37,891 bases of DNA from Eubacteriales bacterium (GTDB lineage Bacteria; Bacillota; Clostridia; Oscillospirales; CAG-272), in assembly GCA_045120555.1 (NCBI GenBank), contig JBGVEZ010000138.1, positions 1-37,891 of the forward strand. The letters are read 5' to 3'. How positions within the stretch are numbered: position 1 is the first letter of the stretch; each line of letters starts with the position of its first letter. The position numbers and the translations under genes were made by a program. The notes under the pieces were generated by a model that had not been told where the DNA came from, did not search any database, and was given only the letters and a program-made list of their open reading frames with translations. Below, piece by piece: positions 25,509 to 35,452 of the stretch.

Positions 25509-26069
25509 ATGAACGAAGAAAACATCAATCAAAGCACAGAGCAGACCACCGATACCGTTACCGAAAGCTCCTATTACACACAGACACCCGCTCCTCAGAA
25601 AACGTTTATGATGCAGGAGCCCGAAAACGTGCCCATGGGTATTCTGGGTGCGCTTCTCTTCTCTCTTGCGGGCGCAGTGCTCTACTTCATCATCTACCAG
25701 CTTGATTTTATCGCGGGCATCGCGGGCTTTGTTTCCGTCATTTGCGCGATCAAGGGCTACAAGCTCCTCGGCAAGCGTGAAAGCGTTAAGGGCGTTGTGA
25801 TCTCGGTCATCATTTCGGTAGTTGTAATTCTCCTTGCGGCAATATATTCGATCGGATTTGATTGCCTTGATATGATGAAGGAATTTTATCCGACAGAAAG
25901 CATCAATATCATTAATTCTCCCCTCTACGTTTTGCGTATGGTCAAGGAAAGCGAGGACATTATGCTTGCAGTCGTAACCGAGCTCGGAATGGCACTTCTG
26001 CTTTGCATAGTTGCGGCAGGCTCCTCGGTAGTTAACGCAATAAAGTCGGCAAAGGCAAATAACAAATAA
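25509..26069 (+). CDS. Hypothetical membrane protein (about 4 TM, polar Thr/Gln-rich N-terminus)
   Basis: An ORF with GGAGG (25496-25500) 8 nt before ATG 25509. It has hydrophobic segments, and no family was recognised. Confidence 0.55.
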   Translation: MNEENINQSTEQTTDTVTESSYYTQTPAPQKTFMMQEPENVPMGILGALLFSLAGAVLYFIIYQLDFIAGIAGFVSVICAIKGYKLLGKRESVKGVVISVIISVVVILLAAIYSIGFDCLDMMKEFYPTESINIINSPLYVLRMVKESEDIMLAVVTELGMALLLCIVAAGSSVVNAIKSAKANNK

Positions 26070-26121
26070 CGTTTAACTACACCCTGAAAGAAAATCAATA
26101 AAGAGAAAAAGGAGAAAAGCT

Positions 26122-27012
26122 ATGATCCTCTCAACACAGACAAGCAATGTCGTCGGCTCATTCGGCGTGGAAGACGGCATTAAGCTTCTTAAGGAGGCGG
26201 GCTACGACGCTCTCGACCTCTCGCTCTTCCCCATGTCAACGACTCCCCAGCATCCGCTTTACGGTGACGGCTGGCGCGAGTACGTCGAAGGCATGAGAAA
26301 AATTGCGGATGAGGTCAAAATCCCATTCAATCAGTCACACGTTCCCTTCGTTTTCAACTGGAAGAATCCGAACGAATTCGAGGAACGCTTTATGCCTCTT
26401 AACATCCGCGGACTTGAGGCGACCGCCATCGCCGGCGCAAAGATCGCCATAGTACACCCGTGGCATTATTCGCAGTTCATGGGACACGAGGAGGAGATCT
26501 TCGAGAAGAATATGACGTTTTACAAATCGCTTCTTCCCTACGCAAAGGAATTCGGCGTCAAGATTGCTCTTGAAAATATGTGGCAGGTCGAACCGAAGCG
26601 TAAGTACATCTACCCGAGTGCTTGCGGAACCGCTGCGGAGCTTGCAAGATACATCGACACGCTTGACAGCGAATACTTCGTTGCCTGCCTTGATCTCGGT
26701 CACTGCGGTCTTGTCGGCGAGGAGGCGCAGGACGCCATCCGTATTCTCGGTCACGACAGACTCAAGGCGCTTCACGTTCACGACAACAACTACAAGGAGG
26801 ATTCACACACCCTCCCCGGACTTATGATGATGAACTGGGACGAGATCACAAAGGCTCTCGCAGATATCGATTACGACGGTGAATTTACCTTTGAGGCGGA
26901 CGCCTTCTTAAAGAACTTCGACAACGCCTTCAAGCCCGAGGCGGTAAGGTTCATGGTAAAGCGAGGACGCGATCTCATCGCAAAAATAGAATCGCATAAG
27001 CAGAACAACTGA
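26122..27012 (+). CDS. Sugar phosphate isomerase/epimerase (xylose-isomerase-like TIM barrel)
   Basis: AGYDALDLS..., IALENMW, DLGHC and HVHDN are typical AP_endonuc_2/TIM-barrel metal-ligand motifs. RBS AAGGAG is present. Confidence 0.78.
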   Translation: MILSTQTSNVVGSFGVEDGIKLLKEAGYDALDLSLFPMSTTPQHPLYGDGWREYVEGMRKIADEVKIPFNQSHVPFVFNWKNPNEFEERFMPLNIRGLEATAIAGAKIAIVHPWHYSQFMGHEEEIFEKNMTFYKSLLPYAKEFGVKIALENMWQVEPKRKYIYPSACGTAAELARYIDTLDSEYFVACLDLGHCGLVGEEAQDAIRILGHDRLKALHVHDNNYKEDSHTLPGLMMMNWDEITKALADIDYDGEFTFEADAFLKNFDNAFKPEAVRFMVKRGRDLIAKIESHKQNN

Positions 27013-27021
27013 CAATATTTC

Positions 27022-27046
27022 GGCGGGGGCTTGTCTCCCGCCTTTT
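27022..27046 (+). terminator. Intrinsic terminator
   Basis: GGCGGG-loop-CCCGCC is followed by TTTTCC. Confidence 0.6.
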
Positions 27047-27070
27047 CCGTAAGCAAGAAGGAGCAAGACA

Positions 27071-28036
27071 ATGAGAAAACATCTTTTACCCGAAAACGGA
27101 AGATTCTACAAGGTAAACATGCACAGCCACACCACTCTCTCCGACGGTCGCACAACGCCCGAGGAGGTCAAGGAGGCATACAAGGCGGCAGGATATGCGG
27201 CGGTTGCTTACACCGAGCACAATAAGCTCTGCGATCTTACGCACCTTAACGACGAGGATTTCATAGCGATCACTTCATATGAGCTTGACATAAGCGACAA
27301 GGAAAGCGTTCCCTTCACCCTTTACGAGGGAAAGCCGAAAACGTTTGCCCATATGGAAACGGTGCATCTTAATCTCTATTCAAGAGATCCGCACAGAACG
27401 GAAGCTCTCGACGTCTCCGACATTAAAAACAGCTACAGCGTAGAAACGATAAACGAGGCTATCCGCAGAGCGAAGGAGGCGGGATTTCTCGTCTGCTACA
27501 ACCATCCGCACTGGTCGCTCAACACGTTTGATTTATATACAAATCTCAAGGGCGTTGACGCCCTCGAGATAATCAACGGTGCGTCGCAGAGAAGCTCTGA
27601 TATGGACTATGCACCCCACGTTTACGACGAGATGGCACGATACGGTGTCCGCGCAAACGTTGTAAGCGGTGACGATAACCACGGACAGTGGGCATATTTC
27701 AAGGCTTGGACAATGGTAAAGGCGGAGGAGCTTTCGCACACGGCGCTTCTTGACGCTATCGAACGAGGTGACTGCTATTCATCGCAAGGACCCGAGATAT
27801 ACGAGCTTTACGTTGAGGACGGCAAGGTGCACGTAAAATGCTCGGATGCGGTCGGTATATTCTATTCAACGGCGGGAAGAGCAAAGAACTGCAAGCTTGA
27901 CGAGACTTACGAAAATCCCGTAAACGAGGCGGCGTTTACGATAAACCCCGACGATATCTTCTTCCGCATTACTGTAAAGGACGCGCGCGGAAACCGAGCA
28001 AACACAAAAATATTCTATACTGACGAGGTACTATGA
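27071..28036 (+). CDS. PHP-domain metal-dependent phosphoesterase
   Basis: NMHSHTTLSDGR...AVAYTEHN...NHPHW...GDDNHG are PHP His/Asp motifs. Confidence 0.75.
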   Translation: MRKHLLPENGRFYKVNMHSHTTLSDGRTTPEEVKEAYKAAGYAAVAYTEHNKLCDLTHLNDEDFIAITSYELDISDKESVPFTLYEGKPKTFAHMETVHLNLYSRDPHRTEALDVSDIKNSYSVETINEAIRRAKEAGFLVCYNHPHWSLNTFDLYTNLKGVDALEIINGASQRSSDMDYAPHVYDEMARYGVRANVVSGDDNHGQWAYFKAWTMVKAEELSHTALLDAIERGDCYSSQGPEIYELYVEDGKVHVKCSDAVGIFYSTAGRAKNCKLDETYENPVNEAAFTINPDDIFFRITVKDARGNRANTKIFYTDEVL

Positions 28037-28758
28037 TGAAGCAAAACAAAACGTTCTGCGCACACAGAGGGCTTTCCGCATTAATGCCCGAAAACACGCT
28101 CCCTGCATTTTGTGCCTCTCTCGCGCTCGGAGCGGACGAGATCGAATTTGACGTACGTCTTACAAAGGATGCACAGCTTATCGTCTCGCACGATAACACT
28201 CTTGAACGCATATCCGACGGCACGGGTAAGCTCAAGGATCACACCCTTGCCGAGCTTCGTGAGCTTAACGTCGGAGTAAAGCACGGATGGCAGGTCGGCT
28301 TCTGCACACCCGAGGAGGTGTTCACGCTCCTCGCAAACAAGATCCGCTTCAATATCCACTTAAAGGAGCACGGTGAGGAGGGATACCTTATAAAGGAGCT
28401 TTGCCGCATTGCCGAAAAATATAACGCGAAGGATTCGATCTATTTTGCCGGCTCACCGAATGAGCTTGAATGGATGCAAAGATGCGCTCCCGACGTTGAA
28501 AGAACGGCGATCCAGCTTCCGAAGGATACGATGGGCATTTACGAATCCGCTAAAGAGTTCGGATGCACGGGCGTTCAGTTCTGGCTCGGTATGTTTGATA
28601 AGACGCTTATCGACAAGCTCCACGCAGACAATATCCACTGTAACCTCTTCTATGCCGACACCTATGACGATTACGAAAAATACTTCGGCATGGGTATGGA
28701 TACTCTGCTGACGAACCGTATGGATCTTGCGGCGGAATACAGAAAAAAGAGCATGTAA
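28033..28758 (+). CDS. Glycerophosphodiester phosphodiesterase (GDPD family)
   Basis: CAHRGLSALMPENTLPAF...EIEFDVRLTKD...VSHDNTL. The ATG overlaps the PHP gene stop (ATGA). Confidence 0.85.
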   Translation: MMKQNKTFCAHRGLSALMPENTLPAFCASLALGADEIEFDVRLTKDAQLIVSHDNTLERISDGTGKLKDHTLAELRELNVGVKHGWQVGFCTPEEVFTLLANKIRFNIHLKEHGEEGYLIKELCRIAEKYNAKDSIYFAGSPNELEWMQRCAPDVERTAIQLPKDTMGIYESAKEFGCTGVQFWLGMFDKTLIDKLHADNIHCNLFYADTYDDYEKYFGMGMDTLLTNRMDLAAEYRKKSM

Positions 28759-28799
28759 ACGTCATTTTACAAGATTTTACAAAACAGACACAAAACATT

Positions 28800-28833
28800 A
28801 ACCGCCTAATCTTTCATTGGGCGGTTATTTTTG
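28800..28833 (+). terminator. Intrinsic terminator after the GDPD gene
   Basis: AACCGCC-loop-GGCGGTT is followed by ATTTTTG. A TGaTATAAT -10 box for the next gene starts at 28835. Confidence 0.7.
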
Positions 28834-28883
28834 ATATAATATTATTGTTTGAATATTAATTATATCTCTGCAGGAGGAATAAA

Positions 28884-30737
28884 ATGCAAAGAGTTAAAGA
28901 ACGCTACAGCGAAAAGAATTATGACGTAATCGTCGTAGGCGGCGGTATGGCGGGCGTATGTGCCGCAATCTCTTCCGCAAGACACGGTGCAAAGACCGCT
29001 CTTGTTCACGCAAGACCCATGCTCGGCGGTAACGCTTCGAGCGAAATCAGAATCCACATCTCGGGTGCCGATCAGAGCCTTAAGCAGGCACAGTATGCGG
29101 ACACAGGTCTCGTTTACGAGCTCATGCTCAGAAACAAGGCTGTAAACGATCACTATAACTACACCATTTGGGACGGCGTTCTCTTCGAGGCAGCAGCAAA
29201 GGAAGAGAATCTCGAGGTCTTCTACAACACGGTTATGTATGACTGCGAAATGGACGGAAGCAAGATCACCTCCATCCTCTGCGCGCAGGAAACCACAGAA
29301 ATGAGATACAAGCTCTCCGCTCCCCTCTTCGTTGACTCCACAGGTAACGGTACCCTCGGCTACTTTGCAGGTGCTGAATACCGTCAGGGAAGCGAATCCA
29401 AGGCGGAAACAGGCGAGCCCCACGCTCCCGAGCAGGCAAATAACGAGAGAATGGGCAACACCGTTCTTATGAAGGCTGTGGATATGGGACACCCCGTAAA
29501 GTTCACTCCCCCCTCCTTTGCAAAGACGCTTACCGAGCATCAGCTCAGATACAGACTCCACTCCGCAAACCAGAAGATAGATGCTTCGATGGCTCCCGAC
29601 CCCGCGGAATGGCTCCGCCTTTCCGGAACATCATGCCGCGGTGTTGACTACGGCTATTGGTGGCTTGAGCTTATGGGCGACGGCGAGGACATTATCACCG
29701 ACTACGAAACCATAAGAGATGACCTTCTCGCATACGCTTACGGTCTTTGGGATCACATCAAGAACGCAGGCGACCACGGTGCTGAAAACTTCGCTCTCGA
29801 ATGGGTAGGTATCCTCCCCGGCACAAGAGAAAGCCGCAGACTTATGGGTGACTACATACTTTCCGAAACAGACATCCTAAACCACGAAATGTTCGACGAC
29901 CAGGTAACCTACGGCGGATGGTGCATCGACCTCCACGCCGCAAAGGGACTTCTCGACTTTGACGTTCTCCCCAGCGACTGCCAGCACTTCAAGGGCATCT
30001 ACACGATTCCCTACCGCTCCTACTACTCCAAGAACGTAGACAACCTCTTCATGGCAGGCCGTGACATCAGTACCACAAAGCTCGGTCTTGCTTCCACAAG
30101 AATCATCGCTTGCTGCGCAAACGGTGGTCAGGCTGTAGGTACCGCGGCTGCACTCTGTACAAAGTACGGTGTCGAGCCCAGAGAGCTTATGCCTCACATC
30201 AAGGAGCTCCAGCAGCTTCTTATCAAGGATGACAGCTTCCTCCCCGGTATCCCCAACGAGGACGAAAAGGACTTTGCAAGAAACGCAACCTTCACCGCAT
30301 CCTCCCATATCGAGGGCAGCGAGCCTATGAAGGTTCTTGACGGCGTTACGAGAAGACTTGACGGCGACAGCCATGGCTGGGAATCCGACGGACTTGCAGA
30401 GGGCGGCGAAACCCTTACAATGACTCTCCCCAAGGCAGAAACACTTTCTCAGCTCCGTCTCATCTTCGACTCCAACTTCAATTACCCCATCAGAGTTACA
30501 ATGTCCAAGAACAGACAGAACCAGCAGAGAGTCGGCATCCCTATGGAGCTTGTAAAGGATTACGATATCCTCCTCTACAAGAACGGCGAGCTCGTTCGCA
30601 CGGTTGAGCGCAGAGGCAACTACCTCCGTCTCGACGTCGTTGATTTCGAGCCTACCGAATGCGACAAGGCTGAGATCCGCTTCCTCTCCACAAACGGCGG
30701 CGATCATATCACCGTATTTGAAGTAAGAGCTTATTAA
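28884..30737 (+). CDS. FAD-dependent oxidoreductase (GIDA/FAD_oxidored-like N-domain plus uncharacterised C-terminal ~170 aa)
   Basis: YDVIVVGGGMAGVCAAISSARHGAKTALV...GGNASSE is a dinucleotide-binding motif. The substrate is unknown. Confidence 0.72.
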   Translation: MQRVKERYSEKNYDVIVVGGGMAGVCAAISSARHGAKTALVHARPMLGGNASSEIRIHISGADQSLKQAQYADTGLVYELMLRNKAVNDHYNYTIWDGVLFEAAAKEENLEVFYNTVMYDCEMDGSKITSILCAQETTEMRYKLSAPLFVDSTGNGTLGYFAGAEYRQGSESKAETGEPHAPEQANNERMGNTVLMKAVDMGHPVKFTPPSFAKTLTEHQLRYRLHSANQKIDASMAPDPAEWLRLSGTSCRGVDYGYWWLELMGDGEDIITDYETIRDDLLAYAYGLWDHIKNAGDHGAENFALEWVGILPGTRESRRLMGDYILSETDILNHEMFDDQVTYGGWCIDLHAAKGLLDFDVLPSDCQHFKGIYTIPYRSYYSKNVDNLFMAGRDISTTKLGLASTRIIACCANGGQAVGTAAALCTKYGVEPRELMPHIKELQQLLIKDDSFLPGIPNEDEKDFARNATFTASSHIEGSEPMKVLDGVTRRLDGDSHGWESDGLAEGGETLTMTLPKAETLSQLRLIFDSNFNYPIRVTMSKNRQNQQRVGIPMELVKDYDILLYKNGELVRTVERRGNYLRLDVVDFEPTECDKAEIRFLSTNGGDHITVFEVRAY

Positions 30738-30805
30738 GAAATCCATTCACGGGTCCGGGCTTTCGTTCGGACCCGTCGATCGCTTAACACAAGGAAATCA
30801 TATCT

Positions 30806-31321
30806 ATGAAAAATCTGAAACTGAAAATACTCGCTTTCTCGTCGGTAGGCATAATTGCACTTACAGAGGTGTTCCGCGCGGCAATAAACGCTACGGGAAA
30901 CGATTATAACGTCCCCGCATTCGCTCCCGTCCGTGCAATCGGACTCCTTGCGGTGGACGCCTTCGTATTCTTCATCTTCGCATACCTTACGTCAAGAATA
31001 ATCAACGACAAAGAGGTGCCGTCCGCTCTTCGCAACAAAAGGATACAAACGGTATTTATCACAGTCGGAGTTATCCTTTCGGCAATAGATGCCGTAAGAG
31101 ACGCACTGATCGATCCTGCAAACATAAACGCCTCTGCCTCCGTTGTATGGATGTTCTTTTTGTGGCTTGCCGTTTGCTCGTTCTCAAGCCTTGGAGAGGT
31201 AAGCGGGCAGAAAAGAACGGGCAGGATCCTTCGCGCTATACTCTGCCTTCTGGTAGCCGCAGTGGCGATATTTCTATACACGCTGTTCTGGATCTCCGCA
31301 ATTTATAAATTCTTGGTATAA
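30806..31321 (+). CDS. Hypothetical membrane protein (about 5 TM)
   Basis: An ORF with hydrophobic segments and a weak RBS AAGGAAA. No family was recognised. Confidence 0.5.
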   Translation: MKNLKLKILAFSSVGIIALTEVFRAAINATGNDYNVPAFAPVRAIGLLAVDAFVFFIFAYLTSRIINDKEVPSALRNKRIQTVFITVGVILSAIDAVRDALIDPANINASASVVWMFFLWLAVCSFSSLGEVSGQKRTGRILRAILCLLVAAVAIFLYTLFWISAIYKFLV

Positions 31322-31372
31322 ACACTCTCCTCCGTTAAATACTAAACACAGTAAATCTTCAGGAAAAGAAAA

Positions 31373-32833
31373 ATGGGCAAATACAAAAAGCTTATCTCAA
31401 ATACAGCCATACTCGGTATAGGCACGTTCTCATCAAAGATACTTGTGTATCTGCTTATGCGATTTTACACCGAGTATCTCACAACCGGGCAGTTCAGCAG
31501 CGCAGACCTCATAACTCAATCGGCAAACCTTATTATGCCGCTTGCCGCATGCGGAATAGTCGAATCGATCTTCCGCTTCACGCTTGACAAGGCAGAAAAC
31601 GGCAAAAAGTCGGTCGTTTTCTCGACGGGAGTCAACATCCTCCTCATATCGAGCGCGGTCTTCCTTCTGCTCTCTCCCCTGCTCTACCTTGCAGACAGCT
31701 TCTTCGGCGGCTACACGTGGATGATAATCGTATACGTCCTCTCCGCAAATCTGCACAGCGCGGTGGCGCAGTATCTGCGTGCAAAGGGAGAAACTGTAAC
31801 CTTTGCCCTTCAAGGACTTATAAACACCGCCCTCGTTATCGGCTTTAACATCCTCTTCCTTGCGGGCTTCCGCATGGGTGTTGTCGGATACGTTCTCAGC
31901 ATAATCGTGTCGGATGCAATCGTCACGGTGATTCTTATCGTTTCAAGAAAGCTCTGGCGTGAATACAGCGTCAGAATTTTCGACAAGGGCGTTGCAAAGG
32001 ACCTTCTTAAATACAGCCTCCCGATGATCCCTACAACCATATTCTGGTGGATAACCAGCGTTTCGGACAGATTCATGATAATCGGTATGCTCGAGGGCGT
32101 TCTCGGTGCGGAGGGCGCAAAGTCGGTTAACGGTATCTATAGCGCGGCGCAGAAGATCCCTACGATAATAACCCTCCTCACAAGCATTTTTATGGAGGCA
32201 TGGCATTTTTCCGCAGTCACCGAGACCGAGGACGGTGAAAATGACGTTGAAGCGGCGCGCGCTGACTTCTTCACAGAGGTATTCAAATCGTTTTCCGGTC
32301 TTCTCTTCCTCGCATGCGGGGGGATAATCCTCCTTTCCGAGCTTCTCACAAGACTTATGGTGTCCGCCGACTACTACGATTCGTGGAGGTTCATTCCCAT
32401 TCTCGTTATAGCAACGACCTTCTCCGGACTTTGCTCGTTTATGGCAAGCGTTTACGTCGTTGAGAAAAAGAGTATGCTTTCGCTCTTCACGTCAATGGCC
32501 GGTGCAATCTCAAACATCATAATGAATATACTGCTTATCCCCGAATTCGGTGCTATGGGTGCCGCAGTTGCGACGATGATAAGCTATGCGATAGTTTTCG
32601 TTATCCGCACAGTTAACGCACGTGCCTACGTTAAATTCAAGATCAATTTCGCAGTTCTCCTTCTTGATATAGCCCTTGTTTCGGTCAGTGCAATATTCAT
32701 GACACTCATCCTTCCCTACAGATACCTCGTAACACTCGCATCTCTTGCGATCATGCTTGCGGTAAACGGACGTCCGATAATTAAAGCCGTCCTCGGAATA
32801 CTCCGCTCAAGGCTTGGAAGAGGCAGAAAATAA
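31373..32833 (+). CDS. Oligosaccharide/polysaccharide flippase (MOP superfamily, Wzx/PST type)
   Basis: A ~14-TM 486-aa protein with the N-terminus LISNTAILGIGTFSSKILVYLLMRFYT, typical of polysacc_synt family flippases. Confidence 0.78.
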   Translation: MGKYKKLISNTAILGIGTFSSKILVYLLMRFYTEYLTTGQFSSADLITQSANLIMPLAACGIVESIFRFTLDKAENGKKSVVFSTGVNILLISSAVFLLLSPLLYLADSFFGGYTWMIIVYVLSANLHSAVAQYLRAKGETVTFALQGLINTALVIGFNILFLAGFRMGVVGYVLSIIVSDAIVTVILIVSRKLWREYSVRIFDKGVAKDLLKYSLPMIPTTIFWWITSVSDRFMIIGMLEGVLGAEGAKSVNGIYSAAQKIPTIITLLTSIFMEAWHFSAVTETEDGENDVEAARADFFTEVFKSFSGLLFLACGGIILLSELLTRLMVSADYYDSWRFIPILVIATTFSGLCSFMASVYVVEKKSMLSLFTSMAGAISNIIMNILLIPEFGAMGAAVATMISYAIVFVIRTVNARAYVKFKINFAVLLLDIALVSVSAIFMTLILPYRYLVTLASLAIMLAVNGRPIIKAVLGILRSRLGRGRK

Positions 32834-32867
32834 TTGTAAACAATCTGTTAAATCAAGCCGTAACCAC

Positions 32868-32896
32868 TTGCACAATTTGCCGTTTTGTGGTATAAT
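32868..32896 (+). promoter_or_regulatory. Promoter for rplS (TTGCAC-17nt-TATAAT, TGg-extended)
   Basis: TTGCAC is at 32868-32873 and TATAAT at 32891-32896. Confidence 0.6.
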
Positions 32897-32902
32897 TTAT
32901 AG

Positions 32903-32979
32903 GCTTATGCGAAAGCAATATTACGAGTGGTCCTCTGCATGCTCCGTACGAACACTCAAGGAAAATAAGGAGGCCTATT
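32903..32979 (+). promoter_or_regulatory. Possible L19 autoregulatory leader (5' UTR of rplS)
   Basis: A ~77-nt leader contains a CCTC tract (around 32931) that could pair with the GGAGG Shine-Dalgarno sequence. L19 leaders are known in low-GC Gram-positives. The structure was not verified. Confidence 0.3.
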
Positions 32980-33321
32980 ATGGATTATATCAAGGCTTTA
33001 ACAAGCGAGCAGATCAAGGCTGACAAGCCCTCTTTCAGAATCGGTGACACAGTTCGTGTTCACAACAAAATCAAGGAAGGCGCACGCGAGAGAATTCAGC
33101 TCTTCGAGGGTACCGTAATCGCTATGCACGGCGGCGGAATCTCCGAGACCTTCACAGTAAGAAGAATTTCTTACGGCTGCGGCGTTGAAAAGACTTTCCC
33201 CTTCCACTCCCCCAACGTTGAAAAGGTAGAAATTATCCGTTACGGTAAGGTTAGACGCGCTAAGCTCTACTACCTCAGAGACAGAGTTGGTAAGGCATCC
33301 AAGGTTAAGGAAAAGATCTGA
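32980..33321 (+). CDS. rplS: 50S ribosomal protein L19
   Basis: [67 protein letters not shown] is a clear L19 sequence. Confidence 0.95.
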   Translation: MDYIKALTSEQIKADKPSFRIGDTVRVHNKIKEGARERIQLFEGTVIAMHGGGISETFTVRRISYGCGVEKTFPFHSPNVEKVEIIRYGKVRRAKLYYLRDRVGKASKVKEKI

Positions 33322-33339
33322 TCGACCTGCACTTAAAAT

Positions 33340-33372
33340 AAACGGTGTCCAAACGGGCACCGTTTGTTTTTT
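33340..33372. terminator. Bidirectional terminator between rplS and feoB
   Basis: AAACGGTGTCC-aaac-GGGCACCGTTT forms an 11-bp stem with one G-U. GTTTTTT follows on the + strand and an A-run precedes it. Confidence 0.85.
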
Positions 33373-35452
33373 AAAAAAAGAGATTCAGAATAATACAGAT
33401 AATCGCTCCGAAAAGAGTCGGCAGAGCGGCGGCAAGCAAGGTGTAGCCTATGCTTCCCGTCTCTTTTTTTATCTGCAAAAGCGTTGTCGAGCAGGGCCAG
33501 TGAAGCACGGAAAAAATCATAAAGGAGATCGCCGTCATCGCTCCCCACCCGTTTTCGATAAGTACACCCCCGATATCCGCTCCTATCGCAACACTGCCCG
33601 ACGCGGTGTAGATCATAAGAGCTATAGGCAAAACGATCTCATTTGCCGGAATAGCTAAAACAAATGCGCAAAGCATCACACCGTCAAGTCCAAGCAATAC
33701 ACCTATCGGATCAAGTGCGGACGCCATATACGAGATCAGACTGCCGCCTCCGATGCTTACGTTTGCAAGCAGCCATATGATAAGTCCGCATGGAAACGCC
33801 ACTACCGCCGCACGCAATAAAAGCTTAAGAGTTCTGTCAATAAGTGAACGTATAAGAATATCGCGTATTTTGGGAGGACGATAAGGCGGCAACTCAAGAG
33901 CAAAGGAGGACGGTACACCTCGCATAACGGTAACCGATAAAAGCTTTGTTGCCGCAAACGTCATAAGCACCGAAAACAAAACAATACCGGTCAGAATGAG
34001 CGCCGATGTCACCGACGATAAAAAGCCTCCGCTTCCCGCCAGGAACAAAACGATTATCGAAACGAGCGCAGGCAGCTTGCCGTTACACGGAATGAAGGGA
34101 GCGGTCATAATGGCAAGCAGTCGCTCCCGTTTTGAATCGATTATACGACTCCCGCAAACACCTGCCGCCGTACATCCGAGACACATACACATCGTAAGCG
34201 ATTGCTTTCCGCACGCAGAGCACCGCGCAAACGGGCGGTCGAGATTATATGCTATCCGGGGCAGATAACCGACGTCCTCAAGGAAGGTAAACAACGGAAA
34301 AAATATCGCCATCGGAGGAAGCATTACCGATATAACAAAGGCAAGCGTTGTGTATCCGCCGTCCACTATAAGCCCCCTTATAAATTCCGATACTCCCAAA
34401 AAATCAAAAAAACTGTTCAGATACGGAACTGCCGAAAAAAGCAGCCACGACAAAAGGCGCGACGGATATTCAGCTCCCTTGACCGTTATAAAAAAGCAAA
34501 GTACGAGTAAAAGAAGCATTATCGGATATCCAAACAGCTTACTTGTCAGTATCCTGTCAGCACGCTCGTCTGTCCTTCTTGTATTTCCGCGCTCCGAGAC
34601 AACTCCGCTGCATATCCTTTCAGCCTCAAGGCTTATTGCGGATGCGTATTCATCGCTTATTTTTGCAACGCTCATCTCCGCCTTACAAAGATCGGTCACG
34701 ACCTCGCATCGCTTGTCGTAAAGTGGGTCGCCGTCACAAAATTCCGCTCCGATACGTAAAAATATCCGTTGCACAAAGTACCCGTCCCCCTCAAGCAAGC
34801 GCAACGCCGCCCACCGCGATGAAAAGGAAAAGGTATAATTTTCGGAAAGAAAAGCCGAAAGCTTATCCGCCGCAGCTTCAATCTCTTCAGAATATCGTAC
34901 CCGATACCCTCCGCTCTCTTTTCCCGCAAGGGCCGACTCCTTCAGGATATCGCAAAAGGGTATAAGAGTTTCCTTTCTTCTCGCCGATACACCGCACACT
35001 CTGACACCCAACCTGACCTCAAGCTCCGCAATATCTACCGTAATCCCCTTCCGTTTTGCCTCATCCATGAGATTTACGCACACGATAACGTTGTCCGTTG
35101 CTTCGATTATCTGAAGCACGAGATTCATGTTGCGTAAAAGACAGGTCGCATCGCACACCACAACCACCGCGTCACACTGCTCAAAGCAGATAAAATCACC
35201 CGCGATCTCCTCCTCCGCCGAGCGTGCATATAACGAATAAGTGCCCGGTAGATCGACCATTTTTATACGGCATCCTCCCCCGAAAAATTCGCCTTCAGCA
35301 AGCGAAACCGTTTTTCCTGACCAGTTGCCCGTGTGCTGATTCATGCCCGTGAGCGCATTAAATACCGTGCTCTTGCCAACGTTGGGATTCCCCGCCAGCG
35401 CAACGCGCCTCTCCTCACTGTAATAGCTCTTCCTTCCTTCACGCTTACGCAT
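33371..35452 (-). CDS. feoB: Ferrous iron transport protein B
   Basis: An N-terminal G-domain (LAGNPNVGKSTVFNALTG, DLPGTYSL) is followed by a polytopic membrane domain. The start overlaps the feoA stop by 8 nt. Confidence 0.92.
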   Translation of the reverse strand: MRKREGRKSYYSEERRVALAGNPNVGKSTVFNALTGMNQHTGNWSGKTVSLAEGEFFGGGCRIKMVDLPGTYSLYARSAEEEIAGDFICFEQCDAVVVVCDATCLLRNMNLVLQIIEATDNVIVCVNLMDEAKRKGITVDIAELEVRLGVRVCGVSARRKETLIPFCDILKESALAGKESGGYRVRYSEEIEAAADKLSAFLSENYTFSFSSRWAALRLLEGDGYFVQRIFLRIGAEFCDGDPLYDKRCEVVTDLCKAEMSVAKISDEYASAISLEAERICSGVVSERGNTRRTDERADRILTSKLFGYPIMLLLLVLCFFITVKGAEYPSRLLSWLLFSAVPYLNSFFDFLGVSEFIRGLIVDGGYTTLAFVISVMLPPMAIFFPLFTFLEDVGYLPRIAYNLDRPFARCSACGKQSLTMCMCLGCTAAGVCGSRIIDSKRERLLAIMTAPFIPCNGKLPALVSIIVLFLAGSGGFLSSVTSALILTGIVLFSVLMTFAATKLLSVTVMRGVPSSFALELPPYRPPKIRDILIRSLIDRTLKLLLRAAVVAFPCGLIIWLLANVSIGGGSLISYMASALDPIGVLLGLDGVMLCAFVLAIPANEIVLPIALMIYTASGSVAIGADIGGVLIENGWGAMTAISFMIFSVLHWPCSTTLLQIKKETGSIGYTLLAAALPTLFGAIICIILNLFF

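Noticed and set aside
30753-30778. The hairpin ACGGGTCCG...CGGACCCGT after the FAD-oxidoreductase gene, considered as a terminator.
   Set aside because: No T-tract follows it, so it is not called as an intrinsic terminator. It may still stabilise the 3' end.
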